The position numbers and the translations under genes are program-made. 64,000 nt of DNA. It comes from Raillietiella orientalis. Lineage: Eukaryota. This document shows positions 12,360-25,600 of this stretch, piece after piece. Each line of letters begins with the position of its first letter. Position 1 is the stretch's first letter. The stretch lies in assembly GCA_036172245.1 (NCBI GenBank), contig JAYWIR010000021.1, forward strand, positions 2,604,001 to 2,668,000, written 5' to 3'. The notes beneath the pieces are model-generated. The model made no database searches and was not told the DNA's origin. It saw only the letters and a list, made by a program, of their open reading frames with translations.

Positions 12360-14400
12360 GATCGAGCTTCTCAGCAAGTTCTAGTAGGCTCTGAGCCACA
12401 GGCGGCCACTTGTACCAAGCATCGGTCAGATCCAGGAGTTGGCGCGCGTCCATAGCTCCCAAAGAGTGTTCTGTCGACTTCTTTCTGATCCCATCTTCTT
12501 CCCGGGTGTTCCACATCAGTATATCCATCTCGGGATGGAGCACTCAAACGTCGGAGTGGGAGAACGACTGGATGAACGAGTAAATACGGGTGGGTGGATG
12601 AACCGGTCTCTTGGTGGTAACCTCCTGAGGTCCACTTTGGAAAGGGGGGCGAGTGAAGAGGACTTGGCCGGTTTCCAGTCGGGAACCGTAGTCTGCAGCA
12701 ACTATCCTGAGACTCCTATTCGTTGCCACTGAGAACTGGGGTTCCTTCGACTTAGTTCGCATCAGAGCGCTCGCGTCCGCGGTGGAGGAGTGACCCTGCC
12801 AGCTGGGTCCCTACAGCTCTCCGGCTGTGAGGAAAGATTACCCATGATGAGACGGCTCGCAGCCGCTAAGAGGTGGACGTCCTGTCTGAAGGCAGATCAT
12901 GGCGAGCGCCGTTGGGTTGGTTCAGTACGCACGCCACTCTCCCTGGGTCTTCCACATTGGCGAATTCCGTGGTCCAGATCACGCTGCTTGAGGATCGGTC
13001 CTCGTTAACAAGGTCACTATGTGCCAGCAGGGATGACGGACAGTTTAGGGAGCGAATGGACCAATCCTGAGGAAGCGCACAGCGTCTCAGAGGGCTCATG
13101 AGGACACGGCGCAAGTTCCCACAAGTCCGGATTCGCGCGCCGGCTAGGTCGCCTTCCATCGGGCGAGGCCTCAATAGGTTCCTAACGCTCACAGCCAGGA
13201 GGGCTTCCTGCGATACAGAGGAGTCCGTGGCCTTTTCTTCTAGGAGTTGCGGACAAGGACTGGAAGCGCACGGGGATATGTTGGGATGCGTCTTCGGAGG
13301 AAGGCGCAAACAGTCGAGGATTCTGAAGAGGAAGACACTTCTCGGGTGACCTCTGGATATACGTGGGTGACCTCGCAAACGGATGAGCCTATCGACTGCT
13401 TCCCGACTCCAGGCATTCTGTTCGGACATGCCAACCTAGCTGCCTCTCGATTCCAGCTTTTCGATTGAGGTGATGCGACCGAAAGATGCCGAAGTTCGGG
13501 GCTGAGATGGTCATGCCCTGAAGCGAATACCTCTCCGACTCGTGGCCGTTCCAGCAATAGAGCAAGTCGGAACAGGCTGCTGCAGGGCGGGGTTCCAGAG
13601 ATTCCCCGTCAGTGCCAATCTTACCGGTTCGGAACCGCGAACAACCGGGTGGTGGCAGCTGTGGACCTCTCCCCGGTGTGCTCCGGCGCGAAACATCCTT
13701 CGGCGATGCGCTGGTCGCGAAGGACTTCTCTCGTTGCTGCCGCGCCGCGGACGCATGATATCGGGGTTTGGCTTTCTCCCGAGGCGACTGCCCTCATCGT
13801 TGGGATCCCTGCCTTGGATCTCCCAAAAACTGGAATGCCTGGCGACACTGGAGTCCTAGGTGACCACTTTGGAAGCGCGCTCGAAGGAACTTCGTCCGCT
13901 GAGAAATCCCCAAAGCAAAGCTGCTAGGAGATACAGGACTGGACTTAGTGGCCCCTAAGAACCGCCTCGCCTGGTCCCGCAGCACTGTGTGCCCTCAGGG
14001 CAAACAATGGCGGCCTTCAGCATTAGAGTTAAGAGTTAAGTTAAGAGACTCCTCGACAGCCTTAGGATGAGCGAGCTGGTGAACACTGGACAAAGGGACT
14101 CCTTTGGTGGGGTGACCTGCTCGGTGTGCCCTCCGAAGAACTCGCGGTTCCTCCCTGTGTGCGGATACCTACGTGTTCCTCCCACTGGATGTTCTGCTCT
14201 TTTTGCACCGGGGATTCCAGTACAACCAGCGCAGGCACCTAGTTTATGGGCGAGTTGCCTCCCCGTACTGTTCAATGTACAGGGCGATGGAATCGTTCCC
14301 GGATTCCCTTGCTAGACCGCAGTGCCCTCACAGGCATTTGACAGAGACTCGCTTCGGCGTTCCGCCGCCCGGAGGACCGCCCCCTCCCGCTTGGGACTTG
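12360..14400 (-). mobile_element. Tx1/L1-clade LINE 5' half (ORF1 plus APE endonuclease), decayed
   Basis: ORF1-like NDSIALYIEQYGE with knuckle remnants (AGHPTK..PFVQC); ORF2 start EDPGRVACVL..QDVHL (LQETH-like), DRFIH, LLDLTDAW (LxDxWR). Confidence 0.6.
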
Positions 14401-14450
14401 CTGCGGCGCTTCTTCACTGAAGGAGGGCTGGAGACGGGCGCCGTGATTTC

Positions 14451-15505
14451 ACACCCGGGTCACCGGGGCGTTTATTCTCTTACAGGAATCGATAGAGCCG
14501 ACGGCCCACCAATTCCAATTGTTACACTGGAAAGAAGGGGAGGCGGGAGAGGTCCATCACGTCCACGAAGGGGAAAGGGGATGAAACAAAAATAGAAAAT
14601 GAAAACAAACTATAACAAACAGCCAAAAAAAAATTTGTTGGGGGGAAGGGAAGGGATCACATTTCGTGGCCATTTTGAGGCCTCTGCATCCGTTAAAGGA
14701 TGCCGGCGAGCTCCTCCTTCTCCCTTTCCAGGTGGGGCCACCTCAAAGCTATCTGCAGGAAGCGGATGGCATGCAGGACAGCCCCCCCGTTGCTCTGGTC
14801 TTTTCCTCGGCGTCGCACTTCGCCGCGACGACACCGCGCACGCAGCACAGCGCTGCGATTGCGGCTGCGGGCGTCACGGTGACCCGCACGAAGAGGGGCC
14901 TCGAAGAGTCTCTGGGATCGTCCACGGGGTGCAAAAGAGGCACGGAAAAACGTTCCCACAAGCTTCAGAGGATGATGCACTGCATTAATAGGTGGGGGAA
15001 GGTCTCCTTCTCTCCATACCTGGCACAGGCGATCTCTTCCCCTCGTCCAGTGGTGCCGGTGCGCATTGCACGGAAGACCCCAGTGCAGTACCAGCAGCGC
15101 CGATTGCTGCGACTTGAGGGGAAGCAGCTTCTTGTTTATAAACACAGGGGGTACTTCCAACTCTTCGGGCAGAATGGAGAAGAGTTCGCCCCAAGTCCAG
15201 TCCTTTGAAGACGGTTCTTGCTGTTGCTGAGTCAACCAGCTGAAGCGGTGTCCAGCCACTGATAGGCTTCCTTCGGGCCGAGATGTCACAGCAAACCTCC
15301 TACTTCGCCGGTAGGCAGGTGCCATTACCGCTGCGGCGAAGGGGGTGGCTTCTGGGTAGGCCAGCATACTCAGCTCCCTACCCACCGCTTCCAGTGTTCT
15401 TCCACTGTTCTTCTGAAACTCTTGGCAGCGGGTAACTTCCGACAGGGCCCGGGTGAGCTGGGCTCACGTCCTCATTTTCTCCTGCCTCCAGGCCGGAGTA
15501 TTTTC
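14451..15505 (-). mobile_element. Tx1-like LINE 3' fragment with CCHC finger, 3'UTR and terminus
   Basis: LLPLKSQQSALLVLHWGLPCNAHR..ACARYGEKETFPHLLMQC..ELAGIL*RMQR, then a T-rich UTR, AATAAA and a terminal hairpin. Homologous to the copies at 26.7k, 39.5k, 41.4k and 61.5k. Confidence 0.8.
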
Positions 15506-15529
15506 AGAGCGGCGGCGAATCCAAGTGTT

Positions 15530-15965
15530 TGCTCTCACCAGAGCAGCGACACACCGGAGAGGGAAGCCGCAAGATGGGAGCCGGCGGTGGTGACAGGGGC
15601 GCCGTGATCGCAACGATGTGTTGCAACCACGCCATCGTTACAGCCCGCCGTGCTCTGGGAGTCTCGGGCGCAGCGCAGCGAAAAGAGGCCATCCGCATGG
15701 CAGCTGCCTTCATGAGGACGGCTACGAGGTGTGAGTCTCGCCTGCAAGAGGAAGTCGCCATGGCGATCGCTAGCATACAGTACCAGCTGTGGGAAGAAAG
15801 GAGCGGCTGAACCAGAGATCCCCCGTCTCTACTTTCCGTCTTTTTTTTATGTATTTATTTTATCGCTTTTGACCCCCTTGTAGGCTGACCTGCTAGCTGG
15901 TGATCATCCATCAGTGAGCTTGTGATTTGTTTATTTTTGAATAAACCTCCCGGCGTGATCGGGTA
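15530..15965 (+). mobile_element. Tx1-like LINE extreme 3' end (related subfamily)
   Basis: AVIATMCCNHAIVTARR aligns with AAIAALCCVRGVVAAK of the neighbouring copy; T-rich UTR, AATAAA at 15940, hairpin at 15949-15963. Confidence 0.65.
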
Positions 15966-15989
15966 CAAAAGGTGACTTGGAAGCGGAGC

Positions 15990-16450
15990 GCTCGTCTCTC
16001 GATGAAGTTCCATGACCTTGTCCCTGAGGATCTAGAGTATTCCAGTGCTCGACCGCTCTCAGGGAACTGCACTTGTAGAATCCGTCGTGGCGCGCACTTC
16101 CGCCCTGGAGTCCGCGAATAGCGCGGTTCAAGGAAGATGGCACCGACCCAAATGCAGGGAAGTTGGCCCCGGCACGAGAACTCTCCAGAATCGGTTTCGG
16201 CTGCTGGTGTTACCCCCCTCGGGATCAGCTAAGAACGTAAGGGGAAGGAAGCGTCTGAAAGAGCACTTGGATAAACCGGAAATCGGTTCCTGACTTCGTC
16301 TGAGGTCTGGAACCGCGACTTTTCTGCCTCCTGCTTGGAATTCGACATGAGGACCGACGTTTTCAGGAAAGAAGGAAGAGCAGCAATCGATCTCGGGCCT
16401 ACTTGTATCGCGGATTCAATTCCTTTCCCCCCTCCTCCCCTCTGACCCCT
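15990..16450 (-). mobile_element. LINE ORF2 fragment (RT domain 0)
   Basis: LNRAIRGLQGGSARHDGF..VEHWNTLDP matches ELxxAIxxLxxGKAPGxDG..FWxxLxP. Confidence 0.55.
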
Positions 16451-18599
16451 TGGCCTCATCTCCTCTAAATTCTAGTTCAATTAATGTGATTGCGAGCGGT
16501 TTCCAATGATCCCCTTTGGGCAAAGATTGATTTGCTTTACGATCAGAAAGTACCTGAAACTTCTCACGCGTCCAAATCCATCGAGTAATTAACGTCCAGC
16601 TTACCAGAAACAAGGAACTCGTTGGACTGCATGTTTCCAAAAAGTACCTCCGTTAACGTTTGCTTTTGGGTAATTTGTGCTCTTTGTTTTTATTTTGTTG
16701 CTGTTGTCTTTGTGCTGACCATCAAGAACAAGAAAAGCCCCCCCCAAAAAAAAACGAAGGAATGTACTTCTCTTCACGAAAAACTCTCATTCCCCTCTAA
16801 ATCCTGAGCAGCTCCCATCAGTTTCCCCATTTGAAAGGCTAACAAACTGGGATAGGCTCAGGTTTAATCAGCTGGTACATCACTCGTTACGTTCAGTATC
16901 ACACCAGAAAAGGCAATTTTTAGGTATACAGTTACTGTATGTAATTAGATCGGAGGCCTCGATTACAGTAATATGTAGTTGCACACTAAGCTATATACAG
17001 AAAAATGAAATTCTGTATACTAATGCTTCATAGATGCATTAGTTGCTGCTTAAATAGGTACCCTGCAGTGAATTGCGTAGTGCAGACGGCACTTTGCTCA
17101 CGTGGTCAGAGGGGAATACCTTCAAATTGATTGAAGTATTGGAAACTTTTCGCGAAAACCTAAGCTTCAGTACTCAACCATTTTCTTCGCTAGGAGCTTC
17201 TCGCAGCACTCTGATGGAAAACAAAGATCCAGAGCACACCAACCATCATCCTCTCTTCAGCAAGGATTTTCATGCCTGCGTCCTCGACAGACTCTCTCCT
17301 ACTACTGAGAATTGATTATCTCGGTGGAACTTGCTTTCTCGAGTCAGGATACACTCGTTCTTCTTTTAAAGGACTTGTCTGCGTAGCAGGGAATGGTACT
17401 AGAGCTTCCACCTTTACAGATTTTCATCTGGAAACCCCAGCCAGTGTCTTGCTGACGAGACCTGCTCCTGGAGAAGTCACATCACTATGTTTGGATGCTA
17501 GATGGGTTCAATTCCATCTTGGAGTTGCACAAGGAAGAACAAGACGCTCATTACCGCGATGAAGAGTTTGAAAGCGTCCATCGAAATCGGAGAAGTCCAG
17601 GAGAAATCGTCTGTGATGGTGATCAACACTCATCAGGGAGAAAGTTCACTTAAAGGAAGTTCACTGAGGAACCTTTGGAAGAATTGGGCCGCCCACCGAG
17701 CAACCTGCTGTGAGCAGAGCACAGGGAGTGAACATGACGCACTTCCTTCTGTGATACTCTCCTGCAGTGACATTAAAGAAAGAGCCACTGTAGTTTTACC
17801 ATGAGTCTCTTCGTGTCCAGGAGATGGCAGCACCAGCTTTTCTTAAGTTTCTCTGGCATCCTGAAAACTGCCGCGAAGGATCCCAAGCAATCGCTTCCTA
17901 GAAGGTCTCAATTGATTGAATTTTGGGATCCTGGAACAGTAATAGGAGTGAATTTCAGTAATAGTTCTGTAGAAACATCGTGGAACGCTGGTTCCGGTGC
18001 TGTGCTTAGTGTGATCGCTGAGTCACTCAGCTTGGAACTTGATTTCTTTCCATCCACTGCCACAAGTTTCTTTTGCAAGTGAGAAAGAGAAGGCTTTCTT
18101 TCGAAAGGATCAATGAGGCCATACTAATCGGTCCACAAATATCCATAGTCATAGCGTTGAGTCGTTCAGGCCGAAGAACGCTACGAGGCTCACCGTGTTT
18201 GGTCCAGATCAAAAGCGCATGCGCGTTCGTCCTCCACCTGCTACGCGAGCGCGAAGACTCCCGTTCGATTCCGACTACCAGCGGAATTCCGAGACACACC
18301 TGCCTGCCTGCTGGAGCAAGCCAGTCTACGGGTCAGGTCGCTTCGAAGTAGGTGCAACAGAGGGGTCACCGTCGGCGCAAAGGACACAGCGGCACCGCCT
18401 GCTAAAAGCACGAGACCGAGGCAGCGCATCCAGATGCAGGAAGCAGTGCTTGAAACAACATCCCTTCTTTCTCGAAGCGAACCGTGCTTCTTCTCCCTCT
18501 GAAAGGAGAAGGACTGGACCCAGGGTGGGGTATGCGGCCGAATCGCTCACGTCGCTTCCCTCGGCACGTTCGTCCCACCGTCTCTTCCCTTTGGCGTGA

Positions 18600-19240
18600 A
18601 GGAGAAAGACACGAGACGGGCTCTCGAGCTGCAGACAGCACTGAGCGTGTCTCCGTCACAAAGGCACCGTCTGCAAGAGCAGTGATCAAGGCTCCAGATC
18701 GGTACCAAAGTGCTCTGAAGACGGGATCCATGGGATCCATAGACCTGTGTTAATCCTCTACAAACCGTCTTGCTCCGTCTTCTACTGTGCATCCCCGAGA
18801 CCGATCCGAAACGCCACTTATCAACTGATCCTTCCATGAAAATGAATGCGAAAAGTGGAGGAGCAGCAATCTGCATGTTTTTTTTTTTCCTACCGGACAG
18901 CAAAGTGGTGTATGTATCTGCCTCACTTACCAACGATGAGAGGACATCCAGTGCCCCGTTTCCAGGATGCGATCCTCTATCGAAGCTGATTCCGTCTTCG
19001 CAGCCCACGACAACCTCACGAGCGCACACTCCCTCTTGGAACGACCAGGAGGAATTTTCAGATTTCTTTTCCTGAAGTAAGAGGTGCTTCGGAATGAGCT
19101 TGTTCATCGCTTTGGAAGAAATCAAGGAAAATTTCCCTCCCGGCGTCTTTTTCGAAGTGCTCATCTCTTTTAGTGATAAGGCGTCTCACGCGTGTGTGAA
19201 TTGCAAGCGAAAGCACTTCGGCAGCCACTAAAGATACTTT
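18600..19240 (-). mobile_element. CR1/L2-like RT relic
   Basis: IFLDF/SKAMNKLIPKHLLLQ across a frameshift (IFLDFSKAFDxVxHxxLL), followed by remnants of motifs B and C. Confidence 0.5.
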
Positions 19241-19299
19241 TTCCAAGCTTCACGGCGTGTCTTTTTCAGTGCAGGGTTTTGAGTGTGGTCCAGCACCTC

Positions 19300-20430
19300 T
19301 AAAATAAAATAAAGCAAAGGTTATTCCGGTCATTCCGAGTGGATACGGTTGGTCTGGTCTCAGTTGCGGAAGTACCATCTCTTGGCCAAGAGGTAATGCG
19401 CATAAACCCGAATTGTAGAGCCAGCTGTGGGCACTCGAATTACCAAACTTTTTTCTTTTTCTTTCTCGTCTGCTCATCCGCTCGGGAGCCCGCGATCATA
19501 AATCATCAGCCGTCGATGACGGTAAAAACAAGGATGCATGTGACCATTGGTCCAAATGCAACTACCAACGACTCATTGTGACCTGCTAGTGCTTGCATTT
19601 GGTATTGTTCTCATTTTTCACTTCTGTATCGTCATGAAAGCCAAAAGTACGAGGGAAAGTGTGTAGAAAACCATCGCCGACTGCTGCATCCACGCACTGG
19701 GGATCCGAGCTGGAGTCACATCAGACTGAAAAATTAGGCGATCCACCAGTGGATGTGCTGAACGCAACTTAAGGATTTGGGGCAAAGTTCGGAAGTTTGG
19801 AAACTTCGAGAGCACAAGTTTCAAGCAGCACGTTGTCCTAGAGAGCGTTCTTTTTGAACTTTTTTTTTTTTTTTTTCCAGATTAAGTCTTCTCTTCTGCG
19901 AAAGAAGGAAGTTGATGATTAGGTCTTAACAGATGCAAACTTGGTTCCTGAATCGGGGACAAGATGTCATGCTTAGTCCTGGCTTATCATTTGCTTCATC
20001 CATTCACGGAAAGTTATCCATTTGTTTGTTCATTTTTGGACACCGGGCCCCAGATTAGTTCCTCTTAGAAACGGGGAACACACACGTATTGATGCTGGGA
20101 GGCTGGTTGGCTCTCCACGCAACCCAGGCCTTCGCAGAAAATTTCGAGGGAAGCCAGCTTGAAGGACGCATAACTCAACACAAAGTGCCGTCTTTAAAGT
20201 CAGGTGCTCCGAGTGCGGTCGAAAAAAGAGTAACAGATGGTGTTTCGAGATCGTTTTTTATGCATCTTGTGCGGGTCCTCAACTCCAGCCGTATCACGTA
20301 AAGTAATTCTGAACACTCGGAAAATCAGGCAAAAGACCGTTCGCCGTGATCGCAGCGCGAGCGCCATCCAAGGTTGCTGAAAAACGCTGCTCAGGCTGAG
20401 CTTGCATTTCCAGGATTACCATCAGATGCC
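19300..20430. mobile_element. Possible ISL2EU-type relic C: DDE C-terminus (+, ~19300-19460) converging on YqaJ (-, ~20430-19620)
   Basis: Minus strand: PWM/ARAAITAN, ELIWG, LKLRSAHP..QSDVT. Plus strand: SVAEV..MRI. Very degenerate. Confidence 0.3.
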
Positions 20431-21565
20431 GAATGGGCAAGTGATTTTCAAATAACCTTACAATAACCTCCCCCCTTTTTCACACACGATCGGCAATTAA
20501 AATTCAGGAGTAAACTCACTTTTCGGACCATTAGGAGCACGCTGCGGCTGGTCAAAAGGAAGGATCGATAAAGGAAGCCCATAGGTGGGATGGAGGAGAA
20601 AACCGTAAAAGATGATGAATACCCTGAAAAACAAAGAAAATTCAATGACGAAAGGCTTCAATCAGGGAGAATGAAATTGGGAAATTAATAATTGAAGAGA
20701 TAATGAGGATGGAGCTGGAAGGCAGCTGTTTAGGTAGAGGGGGAGGGGAGGGAAGGAAGCTAAAAGAAATGAATGAGTGATGCAGTCGATGATGCTCTCA
20801 CCATCTAAATGGTGCAAATCCTCCAGCATGGAAATAAGAAATTCATCACGTCAAGAGCAGTCCAGATAGAGGGACGCTCAAACTCCCGCATGCGGATTCC
20901 CAAGGTAACCGCCTGTCTTAGGATGCCAGTCACAGATACACACCTGTCGGAAGATGCGAATTCGACTTCCCAGAGGAAAGGGAAGAGCGGGCATGGGAAC
21001 TTCTCAGCTGAATGCTGGAAAACTGATGAATGAAGAACTCGATCAAGATGACGGGTGCATTCCAAAAGCAGCAAGAACGCCGTTCCTCGAGCGAACTGTC
21101 TCCGGGTTCCTGCATCTTGTCAAGCACAACAGGACTGCGTGTGTATCAGTGGACGCTCTGAACAACTCCCGAATAATTCCAAAGTGATTTTTCATCTCGA
21201 AAGAGGCGCATGTTTTATGTCAAGCTAATGGAAACCGAGGATGAATAATGTGGAAAATGAAATAAAGGATCGGACTGAAATCAAGAGAAAGAGAAAGGGG
21301 AAAAAAAGGCTGAAAACTGCGCCAGCTGGGAGAGCGTGGCTAAGAGATGCGTAATTCGAAGTTTGGCGAAAGTCTCTGAACACTGTACACGAACCACGCC
21401 ACAAAGGGAACCGAATTTAAATGAAACTTGTGCCAAATCTCATCTTTCAATAGAGTTCAGTTACCTCCACACCATGCAACTCAAGATGAAGCCGTGTGAG
21501 GCGCAGTCGAAAGGAACTGCGTGCCGCTTTTGATTTGAGGTCGCCGGTTGCATGGGAACCGCTGC

Positions 21566-21802
21566 TCACGGTGGAACCGAAGTCTCATTCCTCCAGAGTC
21601 GAAAAGGCTTTCGGTATTTTCCCAAACCCCTCTCCACGAAATCTCTCAAAAGCCATGGAAGATTCCCAATGCTCGCGAAAGAATAGGGACGCTCATCGTA
21701 CATGAAATCTCGGAGCCCTTTTGCAATCCATTCGTTAGGCAGAGTTTGCTGGGGTTTGGTATTCTCATCATTTACGATGACATAGAAAAAATCCCAAACC
21801 AT
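21566..21802 (-). mobile_element. hAT (Hermes/hobo-like) transposase N-terminal relic
   Basis: VWDFFYVI (start of BED finger) followed by IAKGLRDFMYDERPYSFAS..DFVERGLGKY, resembling the Hermes DxRPFSxV..FIxxGAxYG region. Confidence 0.55.
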
Positions 21803-22779
21803 TGTATGTCTCCAGAGTGCATCTCATTAAGAGACACTAAAAAAGGAAAGAGGAAAAGATGGAGAAAGAAAAGGTCTTTAGTAGAAAGTGGGATACACCT
21901 GTCGAGGTCTCGTCTGAAAAGTTGGCGACGTGAAGGGAGCGCCATCGTGATGGCTGTCCAGTTGCGATTCCCTTCAAGTTCCTGGAACTCCGCTATCAGT
22001 CGGCGAAAACCGCGTGTGATTCGAGCGCCAAGAGATCGAAACTTCCATTCGAGGGTTACTCGACAAGAATTTCCTGGAGCTTCCATGCCGAAGATGTTGT
22101 AAGCCAGCGGAGGGGGCAGACGCCACTAGCAAATTGCTGCTGCAGATTGCGAGCGCGCTAACCTTTCGGTTGATTGCGATGAGAGTCCCAATCCATTTTT
22201 GTTCCTTCTCCCCTGATGAAAATTAAAAAAAAAAAAAAAAAAAAAAGGACGATCCACGCTGTCTCTCGATATGCAAGGGAGGCTGCAAAATACCTCCGGA
22301 AACTGGGTTCGCATGCTCCTCCCATGCTTCTGAAGAGGAAAGAAACTGGATCGACAGATGGTGGAGAGAACTGCAGAAACCTGTTAAACTGTTAAAGATC
22401 CGTTGATGATGCCCATCACACTTTTGGAACTTGAAGTGGAAATTTGTTCTCAAGAGGACACGAGCGTGGGGCTCGGAGCAGACCAAGGAAACTCGAAAGC
22501 GAAACGAACTGCCGTCAGGGGAACGCAGGTGCGCGCTGAATATGGAAAGGCCAGAAAAAAAAAAAAAAAAAAAAAACTGGATATTTACCCGTTCCCATCA
22601 CAAAAGAATGTGTCCGGGACAGCCCTATTCACAGGAAGCGAAACTGTTCTTGGGACAGCCTCTCTCCTCTGGCAACTTCATTCCCAGAGACAGTTGCAAT
22701 TCAATCAACATTTCCGCCGGGTAGTGCTTTATCAGCTGAAAGGGATATTTTCTAGGCTGAGATGTCCAAAACGTTATAT

Positions 22780-23082
22780 CAGTGATCGACGGCAAGAGAG
22801 TTTCTTCCTCGCTAGCCATGAGCGCGAAACTGCCAAGAACCCAGCCGGTCGCTATGGGAGTTCTCGATTTCTGTCGGAGTCAAGTCCAGGACAACACATC
22901 ATAACAACTGTGAACCAAATCGTGTACAGCTCTCTCGTGGATGCACAACAGCTCCCTATTCGCTGTTGCCTGGGATTTATTCTCCAAAGTTTGGAGCGCG
23001 ATCTTGGTAGACGCTGAGGGGAGCCATCGTCGTATTGGTCCTCGCAGCCTCCAAAGCAGCAAGAGCACACACACGTGCCCAT
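22780..23082 (-). mobile_element. THAP domain relic
   Basis: MG..CCFGGC..RLP..KLWRINPR, then LLCIH and LLPSI in shifted frames (CxxxGC..FP..W..CxxH..AVPTI). Confidence 0.4.
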
Positions 23083-23243
23083 TCGAGAAATTCATATGGA
23101 AGTTTGCGCACATAAATAAAAGCCGAGACGTGCGTGATGAGCACGAGCTGGGATGCGCAGTGTGCATGCGAGAACACGAAGCGTGTCCAGCGAGGCAGAC
23201 CGGCATGCATTTCTCGTTCGTCACTCATCTAAAATGCAATTCT

Positions 23244-23457
23244 GGCTTGCGGAAGGGTGGAGGTCCTCGCACCCTCAAGATCCGATGGTCGGAAAGTAGG
23301 GAACGCATGGCAGGCTGGGGCGTCGAGAGGGAGAAAGGAAGAAAAAGAGAGAGCGAGAGGAGGCTCCAACCGGCTTGCGGAAGAGTGGAGGTCCTCGCAT
23401 CCTCAAGATCCGATGGCCGGAAAGTAGGGAACGCATGGCAGGCTGAGGCGTCGAGAG
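23244..23457. repeat. Direct duplication of ~86 bp, period 128
   Basis: GGCTTGCGGAAGrGTGGAGGTCCTCGCAyCCTCAAGATCCGATGGyCGGAAAGTAGGGAACGCATGGCAGGCTGrGGCGTCGAGAG at 23244 and 23372; four transitions seen. Confidence 0.92.
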
Positions 23458-24399
23458 AAAGAAAAAAAGGAGACAGAGGCCTTGCAGTGAAGCTAATCTT
23501 TTCAAAAATTTCCCTGCTTGCTTCATCGCAATGACGTGGCGGTAGCGTCTCGGCGAGCGTTCCTTAGTTTAAGATTACGGAGAAATTACGTTCGGGAGAG
23601 TCCCCTGGAAAATCGGCTCTTTCCACACATCGATGTACCATCTTTTTTTGCTTTTCCTTTTTCTAATCACGGAATAGTTAAGGTATCGAGGAGAAGGAAG
23701 TGTTTGGGTAATTGAAAATCCCAGCGGATTATCCGTCCGTGCACTTTCTTACGGCCAGGTCCCCCGTGAACTGGGGACAAAATGGCTGCAGAGGCGAAGC
23801 GGCGCGCCGTATCCGGAAGCAGTACTGCCAGCTCACGCCATCGAGCATTGCTCGGTCTCGAAGCAGACACAAGTCACGTCGCCTTGTTTAGTCACGCGTG
23901 CTAACGCATCATCATTTCTGCTTCCGGTCATCTGTCAGATGTTTTGCTTTCTGCGCGTCTTTCACTCTGCGGGAAGAGGAACAGAAAGATGCGTGTAGAA
24001 AGGAGGAGGAGGATGAAGGGGAATAAGCAAACAGGGGGCAGCTGGAGGTTGCGAAACGGTAGCCCTCCGGAAAAAAACAAAAAAACAGAGCAGGACAAAA
24101 CACGCGCCCCCCAAAAGACAATTCTCTTCGGCAGATGGATGTGCGGTAACCTTGAAAAACGGATTCATGTATTATGGACCTATTGATCGGCCATGCAAAG
24201 AAGAGGAAAGGGAGGAAGAGGAAGAGCAACAACAGTTATGCATCAGACATGAGAGAGCCGTAATTACCCGCGCATCCGAGCACCGCAGTTCCCGCTTGCG
24301 CTTCCTTGAATCTCGATTGCTTTCCCGTCCCTTTCCAGCCTCCCGATCGAATCTGCAATCGAAGGTGCCTTCCACACCGGCTCGCCAGGGGCGGCGCCA

Positions 24400-25600
24400 C
24401 GTTTCCTCGGCACCGGTGGGATGCTGGTGGCATGGCGTCCCTCCCGTAACTATGGCGGCAGCACTGCACTACGCGTGCGACTCGGCCTCCCCTCTTAGCC
24501 CGAGTCGACTCGATAGGTCCCACAAAATTCGACAATGGGCTTGCCTAGGCGGGCGGGCCCGAAGGGGAGCGACATCCCGCCCCGTGCCTCTCCTGCTCCT
24601 TCCAACAATCGAAAGGGCCCGCTCGAGGACATCGATTGTTGCATCCGCACGCAACAGTCGGCGGCCTACAGCTTGACGACGACGCAGAGCTCCCTTTGGA
24701 GGAAGCGGAGCAGTCGCCAGAGTGTCTCGTCCTCGGGGGGAGGGAGTGGGGCCAGGCAGGGACTCCAGCTCGCGGGCCGAGGATGCGCGAACGGCCTCCT
24801 CAGTCGCCTCCAGGTTTCCCTTTCAGGATCCCATGACGGACGGCATTTCCGATGTAGGGTCGCGGGTTTTCCCTTGCGGCGTGCGTGCGCGCCATCTCCG
24901 CTAGGAGCGCGAGCGTCGGGGAACCTCCCGGGTAGCGGCTCCCGGCCATGTCTCGGTGCCGTCGCTGGCTCTTCACGTCCAGACAGGAGAAGGGAGGGCG
25001 ACCATTCTGTGCATGCTCCAGTCTGGATGCTTCAGGTCATTTGTCGGATGCGAGGGATGAATTCCCGTCGCGAATTACGCTGCCATCTGAGGCTCTCCCG
25101 GACCCCGTTGCGACCTTCTCCGTTGAGGCTCCTGGCTTCCTCTACTTCCCACCTTCCCCCGAAGAGACCACGGGAGGGAAGAAATGAAATGAAGAGTCCT
25201 CCACCCTTTTCCTGGAGAATCCCGCAAGCATCTCCTCCGCTTCTGCGAACCAGAAACCTGGGAGGCCAGCGGGCCAGAAAGGATCCCGGAATTCATCGAG
25301 AAATCCAGAAAAACCTCCCCAGAAAGCGAATGGTTTGCTGCATTCTTTTTTCTCCCCAAAGTGGCTGTGGAGGCGACGGCGGAGGAGAATCTACAGAGTC
25401 TGTTGATCGGGAGTGGCTGTGGGATCAGCGATCCGCGCCTCCGCTGGAGAACCATCATCAGAGAGAGACCTGTCCCGAAAAGAGGCCGCGCATGCCCCAC
25501 ATCTGCGTCTCGTCCTGGATCCGCGAACACCCCCCTCTAGTAGCAGAGCACAAGAGTCGCTAAGGCCGCCGCCATTCCCTTGGGATACAAGAAAGACGGG
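24400..25600 (+). mobile_element. Probable Tx1-type ORF1 relic
   Basis: PECLVLGGRE (PxxLxIGG) followed by knuckle remnant HFRCRVAGF..RAC and a low-complexity tail. Confidence 0.35.

Noticed and set aside
23244..23330. HDV-like ribozyme suggested by the TCCTCGC loop
   Set aside because: I could not build consistent P1, P1.1 and P2 pairings, and there is no hammerhead core either.
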